Assembly (NCBI GenBank): GCA_964621165.1
Contig: CAZULC010000003.1
Coordinates: 30,633-94,632, forward strand
Length of the DNA stretch: 64,000 nt
DNA from: an uncultured Ruminococcus sp.
GTDB lineage: Bacteria > Bacillota > Clostridia > Oscillospirales > CAG-272
Direction of reading: 5' to 3'
The notes beneath the pieces are model-generated. The model was given only the letters and a program-made list of their open reading frames with translations. It was not told where the DNA came from and ran no database searches. Shown in pieces: positions 18,867-28,633 of the stretch; within the stretch, counting starts at the first letter, position 1; every line of letters begins with the position of its first letter. A program made the position numbers and the translations under genes.

Positions 18867-20660
18867 ATGCATATGAAAAATAAAATAATCGATGTCGTAT
18901 GCCTGTCCGTAGTGGCGGTCTTGTTCGGCTCCGTGGTGGTTTTGAATCTCGTCCAGAAGGACAGACCCACCGAATCCCTTACGGAGAAGCGGGAGCTTGC
19001 GAAAATGCCCGATTTTTCCTTCGATTCTCTCTGTGACGGCTCCTATTTTTCAGGAGTGGCGGCATTTATCTCGGACACCTTCATTGAACGGGACAAAATC
19101 GTCGCGCTTTCCGAAAAAATGGAGACTCTCAAGGGAGTGGACTATTCAATCGGCGGTCAAAACAACTTTGCTCTTTTAAGCCCCATCGACAACCCCGCCG
19201 ACAATTCAGGCGAACATGAGGAACTGTCAAACAAGCTGACCGAAGCCCTCGACAGCCTGAACAAACAACCGGATCCGGACAAGGATCCCGATGACCAAAG
19301 CGGATTTGCCAATGTGACAAAGGATGAAACCACGCCTCCTGAAACCGAGCCGGAGACAACCCCTCCTGAAACCGAAACCGAAGCGGAATCAGATCCCGAG
19401 CCGGAGACGGAAAAGCCGGAGGAAACCGAAACTGATGATCCTGAAACCGAGACAGAACCCGCCGAAACCCAGCCCGATCCAGAAAATGAAGTCACGGCAA
19501 TACATTTGTCGAAATCATATCTCAAGCTCACAGTCGGAAGCGGCTCAGCCGTAAGCGCCACCGTTGACACTACAAATAAAGAAGGAGTCATGGTGAAGTG
19601 GTCCATATCCGACAGCAGTATAGCGTCAATTGCCGTGAACGAAAGCGGAGGAATCAACGTCAAAGGCGAAGCTCTCGGCACCGCAACCCTGACCTGCTTC
19701 TACGGTGATGTGAAAGAGGAATGCAAGGTCGAGGTGGTTGAAATCAACACAGCCTCCACCCAGCCCAGCGACGGACACGCGGACTTTCTCGCAAGCGGAC
19801 TGTTCATCTACGGCGACGCGGTTTACACCCAAGCATGGTACAGCGATTCCGCGGCTGAGGTCTACGCACAGACTGTGGAATACTACAAAAAGCTATTTGG
19901 CGATAATGTAAACGTCAGCGTGGTTGTGGCGCCCGTTTCATCAATGGTGGTGGACAACGAGGAAGTCCAGTCGAAAATCCAGAATCAGGACGAAATTATA
20001 CAGAAAATCGGCGCTCATATGGCTGCAGACATCAACTTCGTCAACCCCTACGCGGAAATGTACGCCCACAAAGACGAATACCTCTTCTTCAAGAGCGACC
20101 ACCACTGGACACAGAGAGGAGCATACTACGCCTACCGTGCCTTCGCGGAGTCAGTCGGATTTGAACCCACAGCTCTCGATGACTTCACCTACGAAATCCG
20201 CAACGACAGCTACAGCGGAAGCCTCTACAGTTGGACTGCCGACGAGAGAGTGAAGTACTTCAAGGACACAATCGAGGCGTTCCGACCGACAAAATCCCAC
20301 ACCATGACGGTTACAAGCTCCAACGGCACAGTTTACACATACGATACGTCAATTGTCAACACAAACCAGACCTACGTTACGTTTATCGCAGGCGACAACC
20401 CATACACTGTAATCAACGTTCCCGACAATCCACAGGACAAAAACATCCTTGTTCTCAAGGATTCCTTTGGCAATGCGTTCGTCCCATTCCTATGCGAGCA
20501 TTACGGAAACATTATAGTGATAGATGTGCGTTATTCCAATTTCAATATATATGACCAGCTAAAGGACTACGGCTTGTCCGACATAGTTTTTGTGAACAAC
20601 GTCCAGGCTATCACAGCTGAGTGGGCGCAGATGTACCTTAAAGCAGTCGGCGTACAATAA
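18867..20660 (+). CDS. DHHW family (AlgX/AlgJ-like) protein with Big_2 domain and acidic Pro/Thr/Glu linker
   Basis: 597 aa. N-terminal TM, low-complexity ETTPPETEPETTPPETETEAESDPEPE linker, Big_2-like segment (LKLTVGSGSAVSATV...), and the FKSDHHWTQRGAYYAY signature. Confidence 0.8.
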   Translation: MHMKNKIIDVVCLSVVAVLFGSVVVLNLVQKDRPTESLTEKRELAKMPDFSFDSLCDGSYFSGVAAFISDTFIERDKIVALSEKMETLKGVDYSIGGQNNFALLSPIDNPADNSGEHEELSNKLTEALDSLNKQPDPDKDPDDQSGFANVTKDETTPPETEPETTPPETETEAESDPEPETEKPEETETDDPETETEPAETQPDPENEVTAIHLSKSYLKLTVGSGSAVSATVDTTNKEGVMVKWSISDSSIASIAVNESGGINVKGEALGTATLTCFYGDVKEECKVEVVEINTASTQPSDGHADFLASGLFIYGDAVYTQAWYSDSAAEVYAQTVEYYKKLFGDNVNVSVVVAPVSSMVVDNEEVQSKIQNQDEIIQKIGAHMAADINFVNPYAEMYAHKDEYLFFKSDHHWTQRGAYYAYRAFAESVGFEPTALDDFTYEIRNDSYSGSLYSWTADERVKYFKDTIEAFRPTKSHTMTVTSSNGTVYTYDTSIVNTNQTYVTFIAGDNPYTVINVPDNPQDKNILVLKDSFGNAFVPFLCEHYGNIIVIDVRYSNFNIYDQLKDYGLSDIVFVNNVQAITAEWAQMYLKAVGVQ

Positions 20661-20802
20661 AGTGACAGGTCGGGACGCCCCGACAGGCAAACACAGGGCG
20701 GGGAAGCCCCCGCGGGCATACACGGCACTTCTACAACTGAAACTATAAGAAATCCCACGACGACGGGGGCTAGCTCCCGCAATATAACTGCAAAATTAAA
20801 AC

Positions 20803-20851
20803 AACTCCCTATGGAATCAAGTTCGCGCAACTGAACCACAGGGAGTTTTTC
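20803..20851. terminator. bidirectional terminator between the DHHW and GNAT genes
   Basis: AACTCCCT (20803-20810) / AGGGAGTT (20840-20847), followed by T5 on plus and GTTTTAATTTT on minus. Confidence 0.6.
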
Positions 20852-20901
20852 ATATGTGTTTTTACGGGAACCTTACCTCGGCAGCCTAAAGAACCGCCAT
20901 A

Positions 20902-21435
20902 TCACCAGACGGATTTTTCCAATTCATCATTCACTAACGAAAATAAACAGTCGTCATGCACCTGACCGTCGTACCCCATAACCGCATGCCGCAGCCTACC
21001 TTCATTCGCGAATCCCAGCCGACGCATCACCGCAAGGGACTTCACGTTGTCAGCAAACACCCGCGCCGTTATAATTTCAAGCCCCAGTTCGCCGAAGCAG
21101 TAGGGAAGGAACTCACGCAAAGCCTCGCTCATGTACCCATGCCCTACAAAAGCCGGATCAAGGTCGTATGACAGACTCATACTGCCCGCTTTATACCTGA
21201 CATCGTCATCCACAAGACCGATTGTGCCGATAATTTTACCGCTCTCTTTCAGCTCAATCGAGTATTTGTAAAACCCGCGTTCGATGTTCCGCTGCGCCGA
21301 TTCTTCGTCAACAGGCTGGATGCAGTTGTATTTTAAAACCTTGGGACTTGAGTAAATCCCAACAAGCTCAGGCAAATCAGAAACATCGGCTTCGCGCACT
21401 TTGATTCTGTCGGTTTCAACAAAAATTCTGCCCAT
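20902..21435 (-). CDS. GNAT family N-acetyltransferase (RimJ/RimL-like)
   Basis: Acetyltransferase fold motifs (IGTIGLV, GHGYMSEALREF, RRLGF). Start set at ATG 21435, behind the GGAGG RBS. Confidence 0.8.
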   Translation of the reverse strand: MGRIFVETDRIKVREADVSDLPELVGIYSSPKVLKYNCIQPVDEESAQRNIERGFYKYSIELKESGKIIGTIGLVDDDVRYKAGSMSLSYDLDPAFVGHGYMSEALREFLPYCFGELGLEIITARVFADNVKSLAVMRRLGFANEGRLRHAVMGYDGQVHDDCLFSLVNDELEKSVW

Positions 21436-21520
21436 AAAAATCCTCCGTTTCAAAGGAATCATAGGAAAACCGCCCCGTACGTGACACAGGACGGCTTCCC
21501 ATATTTAAAGTTAACTCAAA

Positions 21521-23026
21521 TCAATATTTGTCGCTGTTTTCTTCGATATTTGTGAGCAGACGTTCGAGGGACTTGTTCCACAGCTTCTGCTGTTTTTCCA
21601 TGGAAGACGAGATTGCTTCGGTCTTGGAGGAAAGGTTGGAGCGGAAGAAGTGAGCGATGTCTGAAATGTTGTATGAATACAGCTCGGCAAAATCGGCAGA
21701 AACATTGTCTCTGATGAGGTCAATCATCATACCGGATTCGGTGTCGCGGGCATACTTGACTTTCAGCGCAACATCATAATAAGCCGGAGTTACAGTCTTG
21801 AGGCTCTCGGAAGCCAGACATTCAAGTGTGACGGAGGTTTCGTCGATATGCTGGTTGGTGATCGGAATGCCGAAGAGGGTTACGCCGTCGTGAAGCATGG
21901 TGTTGTAATGTTCCTGCTCCTCGTTGAGCTTCGGCACGGGAATGATCTTGAATTCCTGCTCCATTTCGCGGAGGTAGATGCCGGACTGAAACAGCTTATT
22001 TACTGTAATCATGGCGCGGTTGTCGGCAAACATCTGCATTACGGTCTTGCTGTCGTCCTCGGTGTGCCAGAATCCGGTGTTGTTTGCGATAATGTTGTAC
22101 ATTTTTTCATAAAAAGTAATGGTTCTCTCATTGTTGAAAGTTATCACGGGCGTACCCGAGTCATCTCTTTCGGAGAAATTTATCATGGAGCCGGCCGCCA
22201 TGCCTTCCACAGGGTCTTCTATATCGAATACAAAGCCGAAGGAGTCCTTGTAGTCGATCCGTCCGTTGCCGTTCATATCCTCAAACGCGCCGTTGGAGTA
22301 TTCGTTGAGCGCGTCAATAGTCCATTTGCCCTCGTTTACAAGGTCGTAAACGTCAACGTCGGCGTAGTGATTGCCCCAGATTTCTTGGTTTATATATGTA
22401 ACATACATACCGCCCGTATATCTCAGGGCAATATCGCCTGTTACCCAGTATGTTATATCCTTGTAGGACATGTTTTCGATGTATTGAGTACCCCAGTATT
22501 CGCGGGTGGTGTCAATGTTTTCCACGCTGTTCAGGTTCAGCATAAGACCCTCGGGACCCATACTGATGCCGTAGTACTGGTAAGTGCCTATGATATCGTA
22601 GTCGTCGGAGCCTGCCTGAATGGAAGGACGTACGGTTCCGGGAAGGCCGGGGTACATGATTACATCTACAAGATCAATGTTGATGTTGAGACGGTCGCAG
22701 ACGCTGTTGTTACGCTCTACCACGGCAGAATCAACGACCTCGCCGGTGTCTTCCTCAGCCCGTATGGACAGCTCAGTGAGGTTGCCCTGACCGCCTTCCT
22801 CTACAATAAAGCGAACGTTGTAGCCGCCGAAGTCGTAGCTTTCAGCAAGGTCGTCAAGGTACTTTTTGGTCTCGGTTTCTGTTTCCGTATCACCGGATAG
22901 GTCAAGAGTGTTGTCGACCGCAGGAGTTTCAGCAGTCGTATCATCATTGGCAGTCTTTTCCGAACAGGAAGCCATGGAAGCGCCAATCATCAATAAAGCA
23001 AGGATGAGGTAGAATTTTTTCTTCAT
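21521..23026 (-). CDS. extracellular solute-binding lipoprotein (ABC-type sugar SBP), orphan
   Basis: Signal plus lipobox (LLMIGASMASCSE). About 500 aa, paralogous to 40825..42282. No permease or ATPase genes adjacent. Start at ATG 23026 behind GGAGG. Confidence 0.75.
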   Translation of the reverse strand: MKKKFYLILALLMIGASMASCSEKTANDDTTAETPAVDNTLDLSGDTETETETKKYLDDLAESYDFGGYNVRFIVEEGGQGNLTELSIRAEEDTGEVVDSAVVERNNSVCDRLNINIDLVDVIMYPGLPGTVRPSIQAGSDDYDIIGTYQYYGISMGPEGLMLNLNSVENIDTTREYWGTQYIENMSYKDITYWVTGDIALRYTGGMYVTYINQEIWGNHYADVDVYDLVNEGKWTIDALNEYSNGAFEDMNGNGRIDYKDSFGFVFDIEDPVEGMAAGSMINFSERDDSGTPVITFNNERTITFYEKMYNIIANNTGFWHTEDDSKTVMQMFADNRAMITVNKLFQSGIYLREMEQEFKIIPVPKLNEEQEHYNTMLHDGVTLFGIPITNQHIDETSVTLECLASESLKTVTPAYYDVALKVKYARDTESGMMIDLIRDNVSADFAELYSYNISDIAHFFRSNLSSKTEAISSSMEKQQKLWNKSLERLLTNIEENSDKY

Positions 23027-23462
23027 ATGTTCCTCCACAAGATTTTGTACTGTAATTTACGCTCACGTCAAGAACAAAGTGTATAAGCCACCCGTGGCTT
23101 TAACCAATATAATCAGTGGGTATAGCACAAATAACTTATCACTATACTGAACATATTATATCATATATAAGTAGGAATGTCAATAAAAACATTCAATTTT
23201 TTCGCTATTTTTTCGCTATTTTTTAATCATGATATCAATAATATACAATTGCCGTACAGCCATCCGGAAGGTGGGAAAGAAGAATTATTTAACCCCCATA
23301 AATAATCCGCCATCCACTTGACTTTTTCCAAAAAAGTGATATAATAACCACCGTTGATCAAATATCCGTATGTATTTTACAGAATATATCGGTGAAAGTA
23401 TGGTTTCCCCCATAAAGGTTCCGCTGTTTTTTAACCATGCGGTCTTAATGGAGGATTTTTTT

Positions 23463-23571
23463 ATGTATGAAAACAACAACCCACTCGCGACTGAGAAAAT
23501 AGGGAAGCTCCTGCCGAAATACGTAATTCCCAGCGTCATATCACTGCTGATCGGCTCGCTCTACAACATAA
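23463..23571 (+). pseudogene. 5' fragment of a MATE efflux transporter gene
   Basis: MYENNNPLATEKIGKLLPKYVIPSVISLLIGSLYNI is a typical MATE N-terminus. Similarity stops at about codon 36 and the frame ends at 23645. Preceded by a TTGACT / TATAAT-like promoter near 23310-23345. Confidence 0.6.
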
Positions 23572-23833
23572 GTGAAGAACCGTTTTCGTTCTCGTTAGAC
23601 CCCATAGCTTTGCGTCGCCGTTTTTCAACGGTTTTGCAACAATAAGAAATTATTCTATTGTATTGCAGAAATTTTAATACCATACCGATCGGAACCGCCG
23701 CGAACTCAACCTTTCTGAGCCGCTACGTAGGTCCTTTCTTGAACCCTCTGTTGCTTTCCCTTTCGACGTATACAATATACCACACCCCATCAGCTTTGTT
23801 AAGTGGTTTTGGAAAGATTTTTTAAAAATTTTT

Positions 23834-24526
23834 TCAGTTCTCGCCGGAGCTTAAATACAGATGGTATTCCTGATCGGGATATAAATATGACTTAAAGCCG
23901 AAACCCGTCCTGTAGAAAGCGTTTTTCAGGCGGAAATTTTCTGCATCAAAAGCCGCGCTGACGCCGCTCATGAAAGATTCTGTCAGCTTTTCCCGATCCC
24001 GCACGGCAAACGTGCAGTTCTTTGCTGATTCATTGAAATTACGAATGTATTCGAGAATCTCTTTTCCGCCTGAAGACAGATATTTGTCGGGCATGGGAAT
24101 GAAGCCCAAAAAGTAACCATTGCTGTCTGTGAGCAGCATGTGGACCCGCGGGTCGTTCTTTTTGGTGATGAAAAGGTCGAGAAGAACGAAAAAAGCGTTG
24201 ATGTTGATCTTTTTTTCGGCGACAAACTGCTGTTGGACCAAATCGCACATTATTTTAAAGTACGCGTTTATGTAATCTGCCGTCCTAGGACCTACGCCTT
24301 CAACTGTCAACAGTTCGTCATGCGACGCCTGAAATACCCCGAGGAGGGAGCCGAATTTATCAATCAGGCGGTGTGATAGTGGATTTGTGTTTGCGCGGGG
24401 AATTACGCCGAAGAGATACAGTTCGAGAACCTCGTGTTCCGTAAAGCACTGCAATCCCTCTCTTTCAATCCGTTTCATCACGCGCTGACGATGACCCGCG
24501 TGCGATGTGTTCTTTTCGCCATCCAT
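23834..24526 (-). CDS. RadC-like protein (UPF0758 HhH N-domain) lacking the JAMM motif
   Basis: GHRQRVMKRIEREGLQCFTEHEVLELYLFGVIPRANTNPLSHRLIDKFGSLLGVFQASHDELLTVEGVGPRTA is RadC N-terminal. The C-terminal half has no HxHx7SxxD. Confidence 0.7.
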   Translation of the reverse strand: MDGEKNTSHAGHRQRVMKRIEREGLQCFTEHEVLELYLFGVIPRANTNPLSHRLIDKFGSLLGVFQASHDELLTVEGVGPRTADYINAYFKIMCDLVQQQFVAEKKININAFFVLLDLFITKKNDPRVHMLLTDSNGYFLGFIPMPDKYLSSGGKEILEYIRNFNESAKNCTFAVRDREKLTESFMSGVSAAFDAENFRLKNAFYRTGFGFKSYLYPDQEYHLYLSSGEN

Positions 24527-24687
24527 AAAACTCCCGCCTTTGTGAAAAAAATATGCATATTAACAGCATTTTCAGCGGTAGTATAACATGATTTTACATT
24601 TTTGTCAATGTTTTTCTGTTAATTTTCCCCTGATTTGAATTTAAATATTTTTTATAAAAATTTTTCCTGCGGATTTCGCCGAAACCG

Positions 24688-24736
24688 TTGACAATCGTCT
24701 TCGGATATGCTATAATAAAACCATAGACAATTGTCT
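24688..24736 (+). promoter_or_regulatory. sigma-70 promoter plus palindromic BlaI/CopY-type operator
   Basis: TTGACA (24688-24693), 17 nt, TATAAT (24711-24716). Perfect palindrome AGACAATTGTCT at 24725-24736 (ACAnnTGT core). A half-related GACAATCGTC overlaps the -35. Confidence 0.7.
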
Positions 24737-24764
24737 TTAAAATTCACACAAAAAGAGGTTCAAT

Positions 24765-25148
24765 ATGAAAACAATAGAACGCCTGCCAGATGCGGAGCTT
24801 GAAGTTATGCTGATTCTGTGGCACAATCAAACGCCAATGACCGCTGGAGACATAACAAAACTTCTCGCGGATACACACAGCTGGAAAAACGCAACGGTCC
24901 ATGTGCTGCTCGATCGGCTTGAAGAACGCGGATTCGTTTGCTGTGACAAAACCGGTTTCCGGCATCTGTTTGCGCCTGCCATATCGGAAGAAGACTACCG
25001 GCGGGGCGAGGAGCGGACTCTGATGAAGCGGTTTTTCGGCGGGTCTGCCAAGAACATGATTGCTTCATTGCTGAACACGGACGGTTTATCCGATGACGAC
25101 CTCGATGAACTGTCAGCAATGCTGAAACGTCGCAAAGGAGGAAACTGA
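24765..25148 (+). CDS. BlaI/MecI/CopY family transcriptional repressor
   Basis: 127 aa: LPDAELEVMLILWHNQTPMTAGDITKLL... winged helix. Its stop overlaps the start of the M56 gene (TGATG). Confidence 0.85.
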   Translation: MKTIERLPDAELEVMLILWHNQTPMTAGDITKLLADTHSWKNATVHVLLDRLEERGFVCCDKTGFRHLFAPAISEEDYRRGEERTLMKRFFGGSAKNMIASLLNTDGLSDDDLDELSAMLKRRKGGN

Positions 25149-28100
25149 TGGCAATTCGCGATTTTTTCATCGGCATTCTTGAATTGAACATCGGAATGTC
25201 GCTTCTGATTCTGCTCATGTTGGCACTGTTGAAGCTGATTGGCGGAAAATTTACGGCAAGATGCCGCTACATTTTGTGGACGCTCGTAATAATCCGGCTT
25301 GCCCTGCCATTTGGCTTCGGAATTCCTGCCATTATTGAGCTTCCAATTGGGGTGGAAACCCAGTCTCAGACGCCGGATGAACAGCAGCCTGTACAATACC
25401 CGCCGGATTACGCTCCCACATTTTCCGCATCTTCTGCTGTTCCCGTAACGACCGGCAAGCCGCTGCAGCTTCAGGAACCAGTAATGATTCCGGAGGTCCC
25501 CGAGACTGACCCGACGACTTCCGGACAAAATCAATCCATGACTTTGGAAAAAGCGGTAACATACTTGTCGTACCTGTATCTCACTGCGGCGGCGGTATAT
25601 CTTCTGTGGATTTTTCCTTCCTATTTATTATATACCTTTAAAATCACACGATGGGCAAAAGAGCCAGACGAAAGGACCCGGGCGGTTTATGATTCCGTTT
25701 GCGTCAATCAAAAAATCAGGCATGCACCGCGGCTTCTTATATCTTCTGATGTGAACAGCCCCATTGCCTTCGGACTTGTGAAAAGAAAAATCGTCCTGCC
25801 GGATATATTTCTCACGAATGAGGGGCTTGCGGGCACTTTGTCCCATGAACTGACTCACTGTAGGCGTGGAGATCTGTGGATCAAGGCTTTCTCGCTTCTT
25901 GCGCGGGCGTTCAACTGGTTCAATCCACTGGTTCACTGGGCCGCCATGCGTTGTGAAATGGAAATGGAACTGTCCTGCGACGAAGCTGTTCTTGCTGGGT
26001 GCGGAGAGGACGTCCGTGCGGCTTATGGTGATGTGATGCTCGACATAATACGTCAGTGCAGGCGCAAGGGCGGTGTGCTGACGACTCATTTCAATCCCAA
26101 AAAACGTGCGGTGAAGGCCAGATTTATAAATATAATGTACGGTTCGGGCAAGCGGCGGGGACTGTGGCTCATTGGGGCGTGCGTTGTACTGTGCGTGACA
26201 GCAGGAGCTGTTGTGGCGTGCAAAACTGTCAAACCGGATGAAAAACCTGACGCGGAAGCAGTTGACATGCCCGAAACCGATTCCGGCGAGAATCCAGAGG
26301 AAAACTCCGACGAGCTTGATTTGCTTGTCAGCAAAATTTACGAGCTCTCTCTCTCGCCCATCATGAAATGCTTTGCCACCGGATGCGGAAATGTGGAATA
26401 CGACATCAGCAGCTCGCAGTATACCGAAGACAACGAATACTATATAGTTACGGACCCATGGTTCGCTGAAGCCGGCGTCGACTCGGTGGAGTCATTGAGA
26501 AACTATCTCCTCGGCTATTTTTCACCTGAATATACCGACCGGTTGCTCGATTCCTCCGTCACCTTCCGGGATATAAACGGGAAGCTGTGTATTCATTTGT
26601 ATGACGGCGGTAACTCAGCCGTTTATGATTTCCCCGAATTTTCCGCGGAACACATAGATGACAGCAGAATCAGGCTGACCTGTTTATCAATCTGTAATAT
26701 GCCCCTCGTTGAGCCGGAGCCGTATCTGATGGAGTTTGAATTCGTTCAGACGGATGGCGGTTGGGTTATTGATGAAGCTCCGTCTTTGCTCGATTATTTA
26801 TGGATACGGTTCGGCGTGGAAAATGAGCTGACCGCCTCGCTTGTCGAAAAGATAAGTCAAGCCGCAGAGTCGCCTGTACTGAACTGCTTTGCCGTCGGTT
26901 GTCAGGCAGTCGGGCGCAGCGTTGAGAGTTCCGGCGTTCCTGATTACTATATGATCAATGATCAATGGTTCGAAGAAAACGGAATCAACTCAGTAAAGGC
27001 GGTGGAGGACTACCTGCTCACCAGCTTCACACCCGATTGTGTGGATAGACTGTTCTCGGAGAACCCAAGCCTTTTCAATGATATTGACGGACGCCTCTGC
27101 ATATCCGACTACGTGTCAGAAAATTCGGCTGTATATGAATTCCCAGACATTACGGCTTCATATACCTCAGACGACAAAATCTGTCTGACCTGCTACGTCA
27201 CACCGGGCGCGTCCTTCGAACATCCCGATCCATACAAGTTGTATTTTTACTTTGTCAAACAGGACGGCGAATGGCTGATTGATTACACGCCTTCGGTCAA
27301 GGATCTCGTAAGACTGCGCTTCAGTGAGAATATTTTGTGGGAATATAACGAGCTGTACGGAGAATTTCTCGCCACAGCTTTCGCGCCCTATACAAAGCTC
27401 CTCAGCGCGTCGGAATACCTTGACCTCGACTCAAACGGCGTACCAGAGCTGATCCTGCAGGATTTGGCTTATGGTGCATGCGAGATTTACACCATAGAAA
27501 ACGGAGAAGTCCGCGCCTTTTACAGTGGGGACAGCATTTTCACCCATTACTCCGACGAGCGAAAACCGCTGGCTCCACCGTCCGAAAACGCTAAAGACTT
27601 GATGTTTTACGGCGCCACAACGTTAATGTCCTCCGACATCCAGCCCACATTCCTACCCGCCGAGGAAAAGTCCACGGGGAGAAAAGGGTACATGCTCTGC
27701 TCCGTCTGGGGCAATGATATGACGTGTAACTGGGAATACTATTTCTTCACACAGGGAAGTGACGGCTTGCTGACGGTTGAACTTCTGGAAATATACCGCG
27801 CTGAGGCGGTGAACTCCAACACATCAAACGGCTGGGAATTCTACAGCGGACTTAATATGCTCTCGGGCAGTCAGTTTATGGCTGAGATAACCGAACTGTG
27901 GCGCAGCTTTGCCGACGAATACGGTGTGAGCTTCACGCAGGAGAACACAATGTGTCCGCTGACCCATCTGACTGAAAAGACTCCGCCAATCCACCTGCTG
28001 CTCGATATTCTTGAGTCCCTTGACGTGGATGAGCCAATGGTTCGTATCGCGAAAACAATACCGTCAACGCAAATGTCCATAAGTTCGGCCAATGGCTGGG

Positions 28101-28378
28101 GATTTGATGAAGCAAAGGAACTTGCAGGTCAGCTGCGTGAATTCAGTTATAAGCAGTCAGAGCAGTCAGAGGAGCCCGAAGACGCGCAGATTGCCGTAAT
28201 GTCGTCGACGGAACAGGATTTCTCGCTGTACTTCCACGAAAACTCCGACGTAGTGGAGATGAACCTTGACGGTGAGACATACGTCTTTGAAGCCGCACAG
28301 ATGACCGAAGAAACAGGATCAATCTTTGAAGCGGTGACAGCGTGGTTTGACGCAGCAGTTGAAAACGGGAAAAACTAA
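25148..28378 (+). CDS. BlaR1-like M56 metallopeptidase signal transducer with large non-PBP extracellular region
   Basis: 1076 aa with HELTHCRRGD (HExxH) in the M56 domain and 4 TM. The extracellular part has two ~150-aa internal repeats (residues ~395-545 and ~560-715) and no SxxK/PBP motifs. Confidence 0.8.
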   Translation: MAIRDFFIGILELNIGMSLLILLMLALLKLIGGKFTARCRYILWTLVIIRLALPFGFGIPAIIELPIGVETQSQTPDEQQPVQYPPDYAPTFSASSAVPVTTGKPLQLQEPVMIPEVPETDPTTSGQNQSMTLEKAVTYLSYLYLTAAAVYLLWIFPSYLLYTFKITRWAKEPDERTRAVYDSVCVNQKIRHAPRLLISSDVNSPIAFGLVKRKIVLPDIFLTNEGLAGTLSHELTHCRRGDLWIKAFSLLARAFNWFNPLVHWAAMRCEMEMELSCDEAVLAGCGEDVRAAYGDVMLDIIRQCRRKGGVLTTHFNPKKRAVKARFINIMYGSGKRRGLWLIGACVVLCVTAGAVVACKTVKPDEKPDAEAVDMPETDSGENPEENSDELDLLVSKIYELSLSPIMKCFATGCGNVEYDISSSQYTEDNEYYIVTDPWFAEAGVDSVESLRNYLLGYFSPEYTDRLLDSSVTFRDINGKLCIHLYDGGNSAVYDFPEFSAEHIDDSRIRLTCLSICNMPLVEPEPYLMEFEFVQTDGGWVIDEAPSLLDYLWIRFGVENELTASLVEKISQAAESPVLNCFAVGCQAVGRSVESSGVPDYYMINDQWFEENGINSVKAVEDYLLTSFTPDCVDRLFSENPSLFNDIDGRLCISDYVSENSAVYEFPDITASYTSDDKICLTCYVTPGASFEHPDPYKLYFYFVKQDGEWLIDYTPSVKDLVRLRFSENILWEYNELYGEFLATAFAPYTKLLSASEYLDLDSNGVPELILQDLAYGACEIYTIENGEVRAFYSGDSIFTHYSDERKPLAPPSENAKDLMFYGATTLMSSDIQPTFLPAEEKSTGRKGYMLCSVWGNDMTCNWEYYFFTQGSDGLLTVELLEIYRAEAVNSNTSNGWEFYSGLNMLSGSQFMAEITELWRSFADEYGVSFTQENTMCPLTHLTEKTPPIHLLLDILESLDVDEPMVRIAKTIPSTQMSISSANGWGFDEAKELAGQLREFSYKQSEQSEEPEDAQIAVMSSTEQDFSLYFHENSDVVEMNLDGETYVFEAAQMTEETGSIFEAVTAWFDAAVENGKN

Positions 28379-28562
28379 GCCCACAAACGATGCACGTCAA
28401 ACATTTCTACAGATTCAAAAAACTCTGCCCGGAAAGCGTTCGGTCTTCCACAAAATGGCAGATAAACTCAACCGTATGGAAAATCAACATCAAAAGTAAC
28501 GCTATATTCCACAAAACACAAGATAAAAATTGATGTAAATTCGTGCAAAAAAATAAAAATAA

Positions 28563-28591
28563 TTGACATATTATCGAAATCATGGTATGAT
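28563..28591 (+). promoter_or_regulatory. consensus sigma-70 promoter
   Basis: TTGACA (28563-28568), 17 nt, TATGAT (28586-28591). Confidence 0.7.
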
Positions 28592-28633
28592 TATTTCGGC
28601 AGACAAAATTTAACTGCTGAAAGGAGTTATACC

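Noticed and set aside
21848-22900. 350-aa plus-strand ORF, and similar long antisense ORFs at 14464..15429, 9921..10724, 33305..33952, 58171..58887, 56093..56734, 19157..19681 and 42542..42940
   Set aside because: Each lies entirely antisense to a gene with clear family motifs. Their translations are low-complexity (V/G/A/H-rich), have no RBS and match no family. They are shadow ORFs.
23572-23833. Group II intron or other ribozyme remnant after the MATE stub
   Set aside because: I could find neither a GUGYG 5' end nor a domain V-like hairpin on either strand. There is no evidence beyond the lack of coding signal.
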